Below, piece after piece: positions 45,407 through 61,170 of a stretch of DNA of 64,000 nucleotides. Source of the stretch: Eledone cirrhosa. Taxonomy: Eukaryota. The first letter of the stretch is position 1. Every line of letters begins with the position of its first letter. The notes beneath the pieces are model-generated. The model had not been told where the DNA came from and did no database searches. It was given only the letters and a program-made list of their open reading frames with translations. The stretch spans positions 70,370,001-70,434,000 of the forward strand of contig OZ024740.1 in NCBI GenBank assembly GCA_964016885.1, in the 5' to 3' direction. The position numbers were made by a program, and so were the translations under genes.

Positions 45407-47218
45407 GACTAAATCCTTTAAAGGGAGAGTCTGAGCATGACTACTGTCGAATAACTGAAACCATCAAGAGTAAACGAATACAGTATATATTTACCAACTC
45501 TATATAGGAACCGGGGTGACGTTTTCATTATTAGTTTCCTGTTCTGTACTTAAATGTATATATAGAATATACGTTTAAATTTAATGTAACAATGCAGTGA
45601 TTATAGATACGTTGTACAGAAATTTATATTTATTTATTGGTTTTAGAAGATTGCGTCCATGCTGGAGCATAGCATTGAAGGGATTTATTTGACCATATCG
45701 AATGTTTTATTTACTTTTTCGAGTCTGGGATTTATTTTATCGATTTCTTTTTTTGTGGAACAGCTAAGTTATGTGTGTGTGTGTGTGTATATATAATTTT
45801 GTAAATGTGAGATATAAATTTTAACATGCAGAAACGTTTTAGATTTAGGAGATTGGGTATCAGACTGTTTGAAGTGACATGCTGGGACTTGGAGCAAAAA
45901 AGGTTAGAAGCACTGAACTTCATGGAGACGAAAGGTTCAATGTTGTTTCCTAACACTCAGGGATTCACACACACCATGCTTATACAAGTACAACATCTGT
46001 TGACCACATGCGCAGAGAAGGGGGAATAGAGGGGCTGGAGAGTGTCTGGAAGAAAGAGAGAGAGCAATTCCGAGAGAGTCTATAAGAACCAGACAAATCG
46101 TACGTTTGTCAATTACAAATATTTATGAAATTATCTTTACCTAGCATGTTTGTGTGGTTAAGGAGGTCACATCGCTACCACGTGGTTTCGGATTTACTCC
46201 CACTGTGAAATACCTTGAGAGAAAGGCTTCTACCATAGCCTCGAATTGACTAATGCCTTGTCAGTGAAATTTGGTAAATGGAAACTGCAGAAGCCTGTTG
46301 TATATGTATATGCATATGTGTCTGTGTTCGCGTTTGTGTCTATATGTATGTCCCGTAACTTAACGATTCGACAAAAGAAGGTTGATAAAATAAATACGAG
46401 GGTTTAAAAAGTGTTACTGTGGTCGATATATTTAACTAAAACCCTTTAAGGTCATGCTTCGGCATGATCGCAGCCTAATTTGTTGAAACCAGAAAAAGTA
46501 TCGAATTATTATATTTAGTTGTGTTCATCACATCATATTGATTGTGCGTATGGAATGGGTCTCCATTTGTTTTGGCGATGAGTGTGTCGGTCGTTCGATC
46601 AACAGAATAGCCTGCTTATGAAATTAACGTGAAAGTGTCTGAGCATTCTACGAACACATGTACCTTTAACGTACTTCTCATGAGATTCAGTGTTAGACAA
46701 GGCTGGTCCTTTGAATTGAAAGTACAGTCCATCCGACGAGTTTCCAAACAGTTTCCGTTGCCCAAATCCCTCACAAAACATTTGCCCAAGATACCACACA
46801 GTGGTACCGAATCGGGGACCTGATGATTGCGACGCGCGCTACTTAACTATCCGGTTATGCTGTGTTCACTTATGTGCATGGATTTATTACAATTATTATA
46901 TATAATTATTACATGAACATGAGTGTATGTTTCCATTACACAAATATTTTCTTTTTTTTATTACTTTCTCACTCGCAAACTATAAGTCGGGGAATTGTCT
47001 GATTAGTTAGCCTGTCGGATAGAATGCTTGATAATATCTTTCTTGCTCTATGCGCTCTAACTTCAAATCCTGCCTAGGCCAACTTCAAATCCTGCCCAGG
47101 CCAAATTTGCCTTCCATCTTTTCTGATGATAAGGCACAGATTACTGGTGTCATCTCTCTCTCTCTCTCTCTCTCAGACACACATACACACTCACTTTATC
47201 TCTCTCTCACAGACACAC

Positions 47219-47253
<35 letters not shown>

Positions 47254-47327
47254 CCCGCCTCTCTCTCAACTTGACTTGCTAGAATTAACAACCTACCAGA
47301 ATTTTTTTAGAGGAAGAATATATATAA

Positions 47328-47510
47328 TAATTGTTTCTACTTTTGGCACAAGGCCAGCAATTATCCCAGTGTATTACTGGTACTTTATTTTATCGATTTA
47401 AGAATGAAAGGCAAAGTTAACTTCGGCGGGATTTGAACTCAGACCATAAAGGACCGTAACTCTATGCTGCAAGGCATGGTGTCTGACCCTCTACCGATAC
47501 TGCCAATCCA
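47328..47510 (-). mobile_element. SINE family A
   Basis: Reverse complement of the consensus. Confidence 0.85.
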
Positions 47511-49448
47511 CAATGAAGTCTAACATCAAGGAGTATAAAAATACCAGATGATCACGACTAGAATACGATTGGTCAGGGTTGGCTTAGAGTTAAACAACAA
47601 AACCTACTAAAACTTTCTTACTCATGCATTGATACAGAATTGCACAATACTTAGTGTATGTGTTTGGAATTAGGCTAACACAGAGACACATAACATACAC
47701 ACACAGACACACATATAAACAAACACACGAACTCATGTGAAATTAGGCCTTGATATGCATAATTTAACAGTGTGACTAATTATATATGGATACGATATTA
47801 CTACATTTGTATATTTATAAACTAAGTTGTATTTAGTACTCCTGTTTAATGTATGTATATATGTATGGATGGATGGATGCATTCGTATATCGTATGTTGT
47901 GCATATGTATACTTGCATGCTTGTGTATAATTATTAGTGAGTGTGCATGTGTATGCACGCGTTTGTGTATGTGTAAGTGAAACAAAACAAATATATATGT
48001 ACGTATATGTACCTATAATCTATAAGTAGATTTGTGTATTTAGTGCTAATTATTAAAAACAATTAATGGCCGGTTTAAAATGGGACCTACGTTTCATATC
48101 TGACATACCTGGCCTAGAATTATTACCAGCTTTGCACGGGCCGGGATTTGATAAACTGAAATTAATGATGATAGTGTCACAGCATTAAAAAATATTAGTC
48201 GAGGAAGAAGGGCATAAGCCATGACCCTTTTCAAAACCTCCATATCGGGAAAGGGAGGTTATCCTCACACCAGAGAGAACTCCGCTAAAGGCACCTAAAT
48301 GGAAAGGTGGTGGTGTTAACCCGTCTGACGGATTAAGTGGATAGAATAGTTCCTCAAATGAATTTACATATAGTCGTCAGATCACAAAGCCTTTCGTCGA
48401 CCCACGTAGCGTTTTTCTGAAAACCACGCAGTTTCAAAATCAATTAAATGACTATGTAACTGATGTATAGCATAATCAAAGAAAATGACTGAAGTTGAAG
48501 GGATACATCTTTCCATTGTTGATACTATCTACCGGTCACAACTGCCAGAAGCAACGTGAAATAAAGTATATTGCTCTAGAACATAATGCGTCACCCGGAC
48601 CAGGAATCAAACGCACGGCTTTTTGATTGTGAGTCCAATACCCTAACCACTAGCCCACGCCCCTTCAAACATGTAGAATAATAAGTTTAAAAACTTCGAA
48701 TATTTTACAGATGCAGTTAGCCGAGAGAAACTTACTCTAGGTCACAGAATGGCTCAGTGGTTAAGAAGTTCGCTACGCAAGCATGATACTCTAGGTTTGA
48801 TCCGACTTTGTAGTATCTTGGACTAGTGTCTTTAGCATAGCCACGAGTCAATCTTAGCCTTGTCAATGAACTTGAGGTGACGAAAACTGCGCGGAAGCAT
48901 GTTGGCTGGATTGTGCCGGTTAACTCAAATTTCCAACCTCGTTCTGATTCTTTAAAGTTACACGTGTCTGAAAAGGTACACATGTTTCTGTAAAATACTT
49001 AGATAACTTATACGTTAATCAATTAAATGTTCATCGTCCACGCTGACGGAGGATCTATCATCACAGTAAGTGGAAAACGTCAGTTGACTAATATTATCCA
49101 TACAATTAGTAGAAGAAAACACACACACAAAAAGAAGCAAAGGAGATCAATATAACTGATATCAGTTGTATATCCGGTTTCCTATGTTGGCATGGGCTGG
49201 ACGAAGCTCACTGAGGCATATTTTCGACGAACGAAGGCTCTTCCTGACGTCATCCAATGCTTATTTTCAAATAGGGCAGATACCGCTTATCTTCGTTGAA
49301 CCGGTCAGTTGCAGGGGGTACAGACAAACGTCACCGGTTGCTTTAGATAGTGCGATATGAAGAAACACACACAAATACACGCATACATACATACATACAC
49401 ACGCACATACACACATACATGCATACATACACACAGACAGACCCCCCC

Positions 49449-49484
<36 letters not shown>

Positions 49485-50452
49485 CACACGCGCGTGCACA
49501 CATACATATACAGTATATATACCCGACGGGCTTCCACACAGTTTCCCTCTTCCAAATTAAATCGCAAGGCATTGAACATACATATATATACCCGACAGGC
49601 TTCCACACAGTTTCCCTCTTCCAAGTTAAATCGTAAGGCATTGATAGACACGAGGATTCACGCACGTGGTGAGATGGAACCCGAAACGACAGATAGGGAA
49701 GCGAGCTTACTAACCACACAACCAGGCTTGTATTACTGCAAATAACTCTAATAATACTCCGTCTAGTTAGGATATTTTTTTCTTTCAGTAGGGGTGAGGT
49801 AGACATGAAACAACTGGAAGCCGAAACAATATGAAGAGTAAATAAATAGATAAATATATACATACATAACAGACGACAAAACTGACCTACTATAGCTAAT
49901 TATAACCTAGTACTATTTGTGAAATTAATATAATATCTAGCTTGAGTTAGCAGATTCGAGTTAGTTTTACTGATAAACACATCTGTTGGCCACATGTACA
50001 AAGAAAGAGAGGGAAGGGGGAGACGGACGGAGGGGGGAGAAAGAAAGACAGACATGCAGAATGAAAACAGGGGCAGTTATCGCTTGTTGGTGTTTTGGTG
50101 GGTGGGTGAGAATTAAATAGAAAGATATATACACACAAACACATATATACAGATATATATATATATGTTTGTATGTGTATTTGTGTGTGAGTATATGTAT
50201 ATATATATACATATATATATGTGTGTATGTATGTATGTATATATATATATATATATATATATACATACACATATATATATATATATATATACATATATAT
50301 ATACACACACACATACAGAGATGGAGGCAAGAGGGTGTTAAAACTCGTTAAAGTTTCAACGTGTGTGCATGAAGGGGAAGAGTAGATAGAGAGATAGATG
50401 GATAGAAAGAAAGACAGAGTGAGAGAGAGGGGGAGAGAGAGAGGGGGAGCAA

Positions 50453-50501
<49 letters not shown>

Positions 50502-50687
50502 GAAGCAGTCGATATTTTGTATGTTTGAAATAGAATAAGAGGGAGAGCACATGTGTAATGAGTAGAGAATCGCTATATAGATATGAACACACGCACACAG
50601 TATGCATGTTTGTGGCCGTCTGTGGATGCACTCCTGCCATGCACACACACAGGCGCTTCTATATATTATTCAAAATATTAATAAATG

Positions 50688-51025
50688 GAGGCACATGGCT
50701 TAGTGGTTAGAGCATTAGGCTTGCAATCGAACGGTTGTGAGTTCAATTTTCAGACTGGGTGATGTGTTGTTTCCTTGAGCAAGACACTTTATTTCACATT
50801 GCTCCAGTTTACTCAGCTGTAGAAATGAGATGATAGGGACTGAGGTCCCTATCATTCCACTACAAAGTTGTCGTGGAGGTGCCACGGCAAAAAAGCACCC
50901 AGCACTCACTGTAAATGAGGTTGGTGTTAGGAAGGGCATCCAGCTGTAGAAATCAAGCCAGAATCAGTTCCCGTCCCACCCTTGCAAACAGGGAAAAACG
51001 GACGTAAAATGGAATGATGATGATG
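50688..51025 (+). mobile_element. tRNA-derived SINE family B (CORE-like body, V-domain-like 3' part, (TGA)n tail)
   Basis: TGGCTTAGTGGTTAG (A box), GAGTTCAATT (B box), CCTTGAGCAAGACACTT and GGAAGGGCATCCAGCTGTAGAA. Related heads at ~11745, 17500, 26965, 48540(-), 55060 and 56070. Confidence 0.7.
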
Positions 51026-51162
51026 CATTCACATAATCAAAATATATGTTTTATTAAATATATTTCGGAGGTACTGTGTTGTTTTTTCAGTACGTACGTC
51101 CTCATCAGATAAAATATATATATAATATATATATAATACATATATATATATATATATATGTT

Positions 51163-51208
<46 letters not shown>

Positions 51209-51220
51209 TAGTTTAATATC

Positions 51221-51266
<46 letters not shown>

Positions 51267-51375
51267 TAGCTAAGGTACCCATCTTCGACAAGGTTAACAA
51301 ATGATAAGAGAAAACCGACAGGAGAGAAAACGTCTGTATTGAATGCATTGTCTTGTTTACAGTGTGTGTGTGTAT

Positions 51376-51471
<96 letters not shown>

Positions 51472-53252
51472 TGTGTGTTTGTGCATATATATATATATGT
51501 GTGTGTGTGTGTGAGTGTTCGTGTGTGTATGTATATATATATATATGTCTTGTGTGTATGTGCGTGCCTGTGTGAGTGTGAGTGTGTGTGCGTGTGCGTG
51601 TGCGTGTGTGTGTGTGTGTAATTCACTGTTGGAATCGGAGACATAGGCCGCGAAACACGATCATCACTGACAACGAACTCGCAGAAAGAATCCATTATGG
51701 TTGATTCCCAACCTGCTAGAAATAGCAGTCAGGTTGGTTAGCATACGTGGTATGTCTTTCTTCTTCTTTGGTGTTATAATATTAGTATCAATAAACTTTC
51801 CTGGATATACTCTTATCCCAATCCTGTACATACTTTCCGATTGTCACTTTTCGTTTTTTTTCGTGTGATACGTGAAGGAACCAACAAACATCTCTCTTTT
51901 ACATCTCTTTTATTTGTTCATTCAAAATATTTTCCAGCTAATTCTGTCGTACAATATACATCAGCAATCGTTATCTAATGTTTAAAACATGAATAGGTGC
52001 GATATATGCACCATATCAATCAAAAACGATATGAGAATTGAATACCATACTCAAGCGCCAGTAAGCTTGCTAAGAATCTGCAGATAGAAATGTTAATAAA
52101 TACATTTGGCTTGGGTAAACTTTAAGATGTTCTTTCATTGTAGGCGTCTTTTCTCCTTCTCTCCTTCCTCTCCTCTTCCTTAGCTCACCCTAGAGCATCC
52201 TAAATACAATTGACCATGGTTTTCCCAGATGAAGGCCAGCCACTTTTAGGGTTTGACCCTGAGTTTTGTTGGTGGTAATCGCGAAGCTTAGTCTCTCTGT
52301 TGCTCTAGTAACATTCTAGCGGCCAGGCTAGGACTTTTTGGGTGGCATATCGGCAGTAACAATGACGATAAGCCGTCTGTGCTTTCCTGAAATAAATACG
52401 TTTGTTTATATTTTGTTTCTGTGTATGCATCAATATCTGTACACGAATATATAATTATATATATATATATATTAAAATAACAGATTAAAGTTTAAGCAAA
52501 GAATCGCTGCTTTCACCCTTAAGGGGATCTTCTGAAACTAAACAAATCAATCTGTGAAAGCAGAAGTAAATATTTCGAAAAACGTTGTAACCGAAAGAAA
52601 ACAGGAAGACGATACTTTGGTTCGTGAAGACGTTAGGAATGTCGTATAACCGGAAGTGTTGAATATTTGAAATTTTAAAGAAGTGAATATTTAAATAATG
52701 TCTTTAATCTTTTAACAAAATTCAGTAGACAAAAATACCCTCACTTTCTTACTTGGAAAAAGTTACATCTATGGTGCAAATTTGGTGCCGTTTGGTGTGT
52801 ATGTGTTTGTGTATGTGTGTGTATACGTAACTTAGAAGTTGTCATTTACTTTAAGCGTTACCAAATCACTCATATTAATGTATGTGTCATATGTGTACAG
52901 AAAAATTGAGAAATAATAATTGGTGTTTGTAAAAGTTGGAATATTGAATTTCACTTATTAAATGTCAAGTAGCTTGCAACATTTTCCTCTACTTTATAAT
53001 TTTATGTATATTCTTATATATTACATTATATTGTATTATATTAATTATATTACAATATATTCCCACTCATACCTATTTTTATAAACATAATGAGTTTTTT
53101 AAAGTTGGAACTTCCTTCGTGTCAAAAATATAAGCTCTACCTCTTGAATTAATTTTTCGTCTTGTTTGTATTCAAAAGCGCTGAATTACGAGACAAAATA
53201 ACTGACAAAAGCGTAAACACAGACTCTGACCAACACACATATATGGACATAG

Positions 53253-53301
<49 letters not shown>

Positions 53302-53873
53302 CACATACACATATATATACATATGAATTAGAATTAGAATGTTCAAACCTCATACACACACACACACGCATGCACACACACACACATATATATATCATCA
53401 TCGTTTAACGCCTATCTTCCACGCTAGCATAATACATATATATATGTAGTATGTATGTGTGTGTATATATATATGTATGTGTGTGAATATATATGGGGGG
53501 GGGGGGTGAACAATAAAAGCAAGTCAGGTGTAGGTAGAGAGTTCATTGTTTTTCGATCGTTTCACTATATAGTAGTGGTTAAGTTACTACCTATTTCTAA
53601 TCTCGAAAACCTTGTTCAATGTACATGACTCTGCAACCCGGGCGGATTTTCTTCGAGAATACCGTAGGCAGTGATCACCTACCACAAGAATTACCGGCCA
53701 CACTGCCGAATCTCGCCGCAACCAACATTTCAAGGATATTTTGATTTCTAACAAAGTTATCAGCCCCACCACACTAGGTGGACTCCGATATATATTTTAT
53801 AATAAGAGTGTATATATTAATTGAAACGATGAAGTTTCGTTTACTTCTATTTAGTATTTTTATTGTATCGGCC

Positions 53874-53959
53874 TGTTACGTGTGTTTCACAGAGGATTGG
53901 CTCAAGGTCACCCATTGAAGTTATGGACCCGACTCCATTATCGATCTGCTCTTCAAACT
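53874..53959 (-). ncRNA. Hammerhead motif with ~60-nt stem-loop II
   Basis: Minus strand GT-TTGAAGA-GCAGA...TCTGT-GAAA-CACACG-TA-AC. The sister copy at ~55979-56053 has palindromic CGCGCG. Confidence 0.6.
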
Positions 53960-53993
53960 GCCAGAATTGTAGATGGATAATGGAGTCGGGCCC

Positions 53994-54109
<116 letters not shown>

Positions 54110-54158
54110 AGAGACGGTTTTATATGTACATCTTCTGATGTTTTGTTTATTACATAGT

Positions 54159-54228
54159 TCTGTTATACGTATTTCAAAGATATCAGAGTAGTTGCATAAA
54201 ACCTTCTGACAAGTTCTCTTCAGGCAGT
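54159..54228 (-). ncRNA. Hammerhead ribozyme with extended stem II
   Basis: Minus strand ACTGC-CTGAAGA-GAACTTGTCAGA...TCTGATATCTTT-GAAA-TACGTA-TA-ACAGA, then AATAAA; same 5' flank (TTCAAACTGC) as the 5870 HHR. Confidence 0.7.
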
Positions 54229-54294
54229 TTGAAATTTGATATGCTACAGGTTTATGGTTGTGTTTACATCGCTGCCAAGTAGTCATATATTCGG

Positions 54295-54339
<45 letters not shown>

Positions 54340-54344
<5 letters not shown>

Positions 54345-54598
54345 TCGGCGCATTATATAACAATACATCTATCCGCAGTGCGATAATAACTTACAAAGTT
54401 ATTACGAAAAGAAAAGATGAAAATAGATGATAGCGAAGAGGGAGAAAAAACATACTGATGGAGAGGAGACACAGGACAGTGGCACATGTGTGTAGAGTAA
54501 CCAAGGGCCGAGAGGGCGACGTCTCTTCTTTCTCTAATAACTTTCTAAGTTATTAGCGCACTGCGGATAGATGTATTGTTTTTAATGCACCGAAACAT
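54340..54598. mobile_element. MITE-like element with ~80-bp imperfect terminal inverted repeats
   Basis: AACAATACATCTATCCGCAGTGCG vs CGCACTGCGGATAGATGTATTGTT; TA-flanked. Confidence 0.65.
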
Positions 54599-54708
54599 AT
54601 GAGACCCGCAGCAAACAACTGACGAGGGGAAATGTCTATATCTATGATTGTGTTTCTTTTACTTTCTAAACACCCATTCTTATATATATATTTATATATA
54701 TATATACA

Positions 54709-54801
54709 CAGGTTGTCCCCCATACACACTTCAGCAGCATTCCAATAAATATTACCTGTATAGGTAATCAAAATGTGCATACAGTTTTGGGGGACACCCT
54801 A
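54709..54801. mobile_element. Tiny Tc1/mariner-type MITE
   Basis: TIR CAGGTTGTCCCC / GGGGACACCCT in a TA context. Confidence 0.55.
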
Positions 54802-54813
54802 TATATATGAATA

Positions 54814-54988
<175 letters not shown>

Positions 54989-55302
54989 GCATATATATAT
55001 TGGTTGTGTGGTACCATGGCCATGTTTCATCTGTGTGTGTGTGTGTGATTTGAAGGCCAGTCTTTTAGTCGTTACAGCATTGAGTACTTGAACAAAACAC
55101 TATATTTCACGTTGCTCCAGTTCACTCAGCTGTAGATTTGGGTTGCAAGCCACTAGTGCCAAGTTGTATCGGCCCTTGCCTTTCCCTTGGACAACATGGA
55201 TGGCGCGAAGAGGGGAGACAGGTGTACATAGGTGATTGTTGGTCTTTCACAAACACACCTTGCCTCTGAGGGAAAATTTCTAGGTGCAATGTTAGGATGT
55301 TT

Positions 55303-55940
<638 letters not shown>

Positions 55941-56394
55941 TTTTGTTTACTTGTAAGTAGTTTTTTTATTCTATTGGTCTGTTACGCGCGTTTCACAGAG
56001 GATTGGCTCAGGGTCACACATATAAGTTATGGATTCGACTCCATTATCGATCTGTCTGTGATATATGTGAAGGTACAGGGCTTAGTGGTTAGAGCGTCGG
56101 ACTTATAATCCTGAGGTTGTGAGTTCGATTCTCGGACCGGGATTTGCGTTGTGTTCTTGAAGAAAACACCTTATTTCATGTTGGTCCAGTTCATTCAGCT
56201 GTAGAAATCAGTTTACCCACCTATGGCTTAAATAGCCTCACCAACCCGCAATTGGCAAAGCGCGGTGAGTACGGCTACACCCCTGATATGACCAAAACTA
56301 AAACAGAAAACGGTGGACGTCAATAAGGGAGGGGTTCCTCCGGTAGGAGTGAAAAGGCCCTGGATTGAATATATATATATATACATACATACAT

Positions 56395-56440
<46 letters not shown>

Positions 56441-56477
56441 ATATAAAAAATCCTAACTTTGCACCTATATATATATA

Positions 56478-56656
<179 letters not shown>

Positions 56657-56671
56657 CACACACACACACAC

Positions 56672-56718
<47 letters not shown>

Positions 56719-56816
56719 TATATATATATATATATAAAAGATCCTAACTTTGCACCTATATATATGCATATATATATGTATATATATATATATATATATG
56801 CATATATATATATATA

Positions 56817-56860
<44 letters not shown>

Positions 56861-56924
56861 TATTTTTTTCACACACACACACACACACATAGATATATAT
56901 ATATATACGTAATCTAAAGGTATA

Positions 56925-56983
<59 letters not shown>

Positions 56984-57056
56984 TAAAAACGATGAATAGT
57001 TTCGTTTATATACACCATACATATATCTATATATGTATGTGTGTGTGTGTATGTGT

Positions 57057-57112
<56 letters not shown>

Positions 57113-57133
57113 AGAGGAAGGTACAGATGACTT

Positions 57134-57164
<31 letters not shown>

Positions 57165-57349
57165 ATATTTATATATATAGAAATCGCTTCTACAGGACAA
57201 GAACTGTTTCATTCGAAGGAAATCATCAGGAAAGCATATATTAAATATTCATACACTATTGTGTATTGAGTACCTTACTTACTGTGGTTACCCTTGATTG
57301 AACCCAGGATACACACACACAGACACACAAATAGAGAGAAAGAGAGAGA

Positions 57350-57381
<32 letters not shown>

Positions 57382-57755
57382 AAAAAAAAGAGAGGGAGAC
57401 ATAGACAGAGTGAGAGTGATATGTCAGTGTGTAAATATATATATATTTATATATACGCCGTTTTTGCACACACATATATACATATATACACACGTATATT
57501 CATTAAAAGAACTTACTGCATTTAAAAACAGGGCTTGTATATATAAATATATATAGTTTTCATAGACAACTATTGAAGTTTTCTAACTACACGGCTGCAA
57601 GGATGCCATGCAAACACACACAAACATACACACACGCTCGCGCATGCACACACAGCTCTATGTAGTCGGCTGCAAACAACGAAGTGACTGACTGTACTGC
57701 ACTTATGACAACAAACGACTAGCTAGAACACTGATCATAAATATATGTATATATT

Positions 57756-57761
57756 ACTCAC
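57756..57761 (-). other. 5' splice donor of HS3ST intron
   Basis: CAG|GTGAGT, perfect consensus. Confidence 0.9.
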
Positions 57762-59684
57762 CTGTACCATTCAATACCCTTTTCGTAATTCCGATCGAAG
57801 AAATGTGGCTCTGGTCCGGGTGCTCTTATATTAGGATGGAGACGAAGGAATTCCAGGACTGCCCTCGTTCCACCTTTTTTAACTCCTATTATTATTGCTT
57901 GTGGTAATTTTTTGCTAACGTTTTGTAAAATCTGTATATTTGTAAGTGTACTAGCTTCCATCCTACTTCTCTTGTTATTGTTGTTACTCGTTGCAGAAGA
58001 CGGTGGTCTGGTGACCCCTGTCGTAATATCCTCTACAGGAATTTCAGCTGGGTTCAAACTGTTGTTGTTATTCTTATTATTAATAATAACATTATAACTA
58101 GCAGCCATTCCATTATTATTATTGTTATTATTATTATTGTTGTTGTTGTTGTTTAATCTATTGTTTTTAGATATCCTTCTTCTTGCCTTAATCCGTTCTC
58201 CCAGTCTCCCCATTACCGCCTTCATCAACGGTTGTTTAGATTCGACGACAGGTGATGATTCCGTTTGATGTGAAGTTGCAAAGTTTAGCGTACGATATCT
58301 CGGGCGTCCTTGTTGGAGATCATTTATTATTGATTTTTCGGCATCTCCGTGGTCATTTCCTATCGATTTTTCAATATCACTTTCTTCCCAGATTCCACGT
58401 GTATTTGCTTTTACATTCGCTTTGTTGTTGTTGTTGTTTTTCGTGGTTGTAAATGTTTTATAATCATCCTTATTCACGGATTGATAGTAATAATCATTAT
58501 TATTTGGTTTATTTAAATTCCATATATTATTTATTTGTTCCTTTTTCTTCGAGTCGTAATAAAATAGATCCTCCATCTTTTGTTGATGTTCTTCTTCTTG
58601 GTGTTGTAGTTGTATTTGTTGCTGTTTTTGTTGATTTTGTTCAAGTTCTATTCTTTGTTTAGCTTTTTCGTCTTTCATAACGCTGTTTCCAACATTATAG
58701 TTAATATATGTTTCGTTATCCCTTACATTTTTACTATACTTATCAACACCATCCTTCTCAACATCACCATCAACTCCATTACCATCATCATCATTATCAT
58801 TATCATAATCGATATTATCGTAATCATCATTATCATAAACATCATCATCATACTCACGAACAGTAGCATCATCTGTGGTCATGTATTTTCCAATCGGAGG
58901 TTCGTTTGCGGAGCTATCCCGCTCTGATTTTATATTACGGACAAAGTTTCCGTTACTTTCATCCTTGACTTGTTGAGAGTTGTGACCATGGGGTAGTTTA
59001 CTCTCTTCCAGAACTTGCCACATAGCTCCATTCTTAACCGATAACGTTGCAGAATCGAACATATCGGAAAAACGGTCACCAATAAATCGATATTCTTTCC
59101 GTTTCTCTTTTAATTCACGACGAACAATATCATCGTTATCATTATCACCAGCAGCAGTAGCACCATCACCACCACCATCATTATTATTGTTGTTGTTATT
59201 ATTATTATTATTATTATTGATATTATTATTGATATTAATGTTATTGTGGTTGATGTTGTTGTTGTTGATATTGTTATTGATGTTGCTGATTTTGTTATTG
59301 TTAATATTATTTTTTATGTTATTGCTGTTGATATTGATGTTGTTGTTAGAATAGTCACTGTTTTGTCTAGAATAAAGAAGATTTAAAGTGTTGCTAATAT
59401 CCACGTTGTTATTGTCGCCACCGTTGACAACATTTCGGTGTCGAAAATGGAAAAGTTTGGGATTCCTTTGCACGCTTCTAATTTTATATTTGGGATTATG
59501 CTTCACAGTTAAAATGTTGTTCGGCATTGATTGTGTGTTTATCGAAGAATCAGAGCGACTAGATTCGTTTTGTTGTTCTTTTTGTTGTATATCTTTTGCT
59601 GTTTTTAACTTGTAGCGAACTTGTTGCTTTCGGACTTTTTTGGTTTTATTCGGTGTTAATGACTGTAATGATGATGACGACGAC

Positions 59685-59730
<46 letters not shown>

Positions 59731-60004
59731 CAGACGATGATGAAGATGATAATAACGATGGCGGACGAATGAGGGAAGAAGACGAAGAAGCATTTTCACG
59801 AGATTTTTCTCTCGGGGATTCTTTTTTATGGACAGAGGCCGAAAACCTTTCGGCTGAGAAAATGAATAAATCAGATGACGACGATGATGATGATGCCGCA
59901 ATTCCCATCTCCATCTCCATTTTTACACGGTCGGCTTGTATCGGTAAGGCCACCACCGCCGCCGCCGCCGGCATGGGCCGAATCTCTGTCAGATCATCAT
60001 CATC

Positions 60005-60051
<47 letters not shown>

Positions 60052-60340
60052 TGGACGTTATAAATCTATTAAAGTGGCCGTTGGACAACGATGATGATGA
60101 TGATGATGATGATGATGAAGATGATGATGAAGATGATGATGATGATGATGATGATGAAAATGAAGAATATTTCACAGGTACGTATAGAAAAGCGGTCCTC
60201 ATGGTTGTTACAGGTGTAGCTGTACAGCAGCAGTTGAAGAGGAGCGAACACAGCACCATGCTGGTTAAACTAGCAGTCATCACTATCAAGAGGAAGTAGA
60301 TTCTGCTCCTCATCCGACATTTCCAATAGCTACTGTTCAT
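57762..60340 (-). CDS. Hs3st-B: Heparan sulfate glucosamine 3-O-sulfotransferase (HS3ST2/3/4/6-like), first coding exon
   Basis: First ATG at 60340 (MNSSYWK), basic tail plus TM segment ([22 protein letters not shown]), long low-complexity stem, then [51 protein letters not shown] (PAPS-binding loop). Ends at an AG|GTGAGT phase-2 donor inside the Arg codon, the intron position known from vertebrate HS3ST2/3/4/6. Confidence 0.93.
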
Positions 60341-60399
60341 GTCCAGTGCCGACTCATTATCTTGTCGTTGTATGTAAAACAATGTGTATCACTAACACC

Positions 60400-60443
60400 A
60401 TCACTACTACCACCACCACCGCCAATAATACTGCTACTCTCAA

Positions 60444-60476
<33 letters not shown>

Positions 60477-60843
60477 AGATGCTGCTGCTACTGTTACAGC
60501 TTCTATTACTATTTCTACTACTGTTACTCCTCTTACTACTATTACTACTACTACTAACAACGACTACTACTATGATGGCGACGATTACCAGTAGTACTAT
60601 TAACTACTGTAACTACTACCATAACAGCCGGCTCCTGCTGCTGCTACTGCTACTGCTACTGCTACTGCTACTGCTACTGCTTCTACTACTATTTCTGCCG
60701 CTCCGGCTGCTACTGCTGTTTTTGCTGCTGCTGCTGTTTTTATATATCTACTACTATTATTACTACTACCACTTCTACTACAGCTGCTGCCTCAGCTATT
60801 ACTACTGTCACAACTTTTACTCTTACTGCTACTGTAACAACCC

Positions 60844-60912
<69 letters not shown>
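60400..60912. repeat. (CTA/CTG)n and (CT)n microsatellites directly upstream of the HS3ST start
   Basis: Direct inspection. Confidence 0.9.
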
Positions 60913-60918
<6 letters not shown>

Positions 60919-60986
60919 AGGTAACTTTGACAACGCTCCAGTTCCGTTGTTATTATTGTTGTTGCTTGCAACAATAATAACAACAT

Positions 60987-61170
60987 GGGTTGGCAGTATC
61001 GGTAGAAGGTCGGACGCCATGCTTAGCAGCATAGAGTTACGGCCCTTTACGGCCTGAGTTCAAATCCCGCCGAGGTTAACTTTGCCTTGCATCCTTTCGG
61101 GGTCGATAAAACAAAGTACCAGTAATACACTAGGATAATTGCTGGCCTTATGCCAAAAGTAGAAAGAATT
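60987..61170 (+). mobile_element. SINE family A
   Basis: Matches the consensus; TTATTGTTGTTGCTTGC occurs on both flanks. Confidence 0.85.

Noticed and set aside
51264-51298. Helitron-like 3' end (ACTAG...ACCCATCTTCGACAAGGT)
   Set aside because: Hairpin is degenerate and no body is recognisable.
53690-53765. RRNQHFKDILIS peptide resembling the PLE post-RT motif
   Set aside because: Too short, with no flanking RT or endonuclease motifs.
59640-60299. 219-aa plus-strand poly-D ORF
   Set aside because: Antisense shadow of the HS3ST repeats.
60341-60382. ORF-track start at 60382
   Set aside because: Non-ATG (TTG) start; the first ATG is at 60340.
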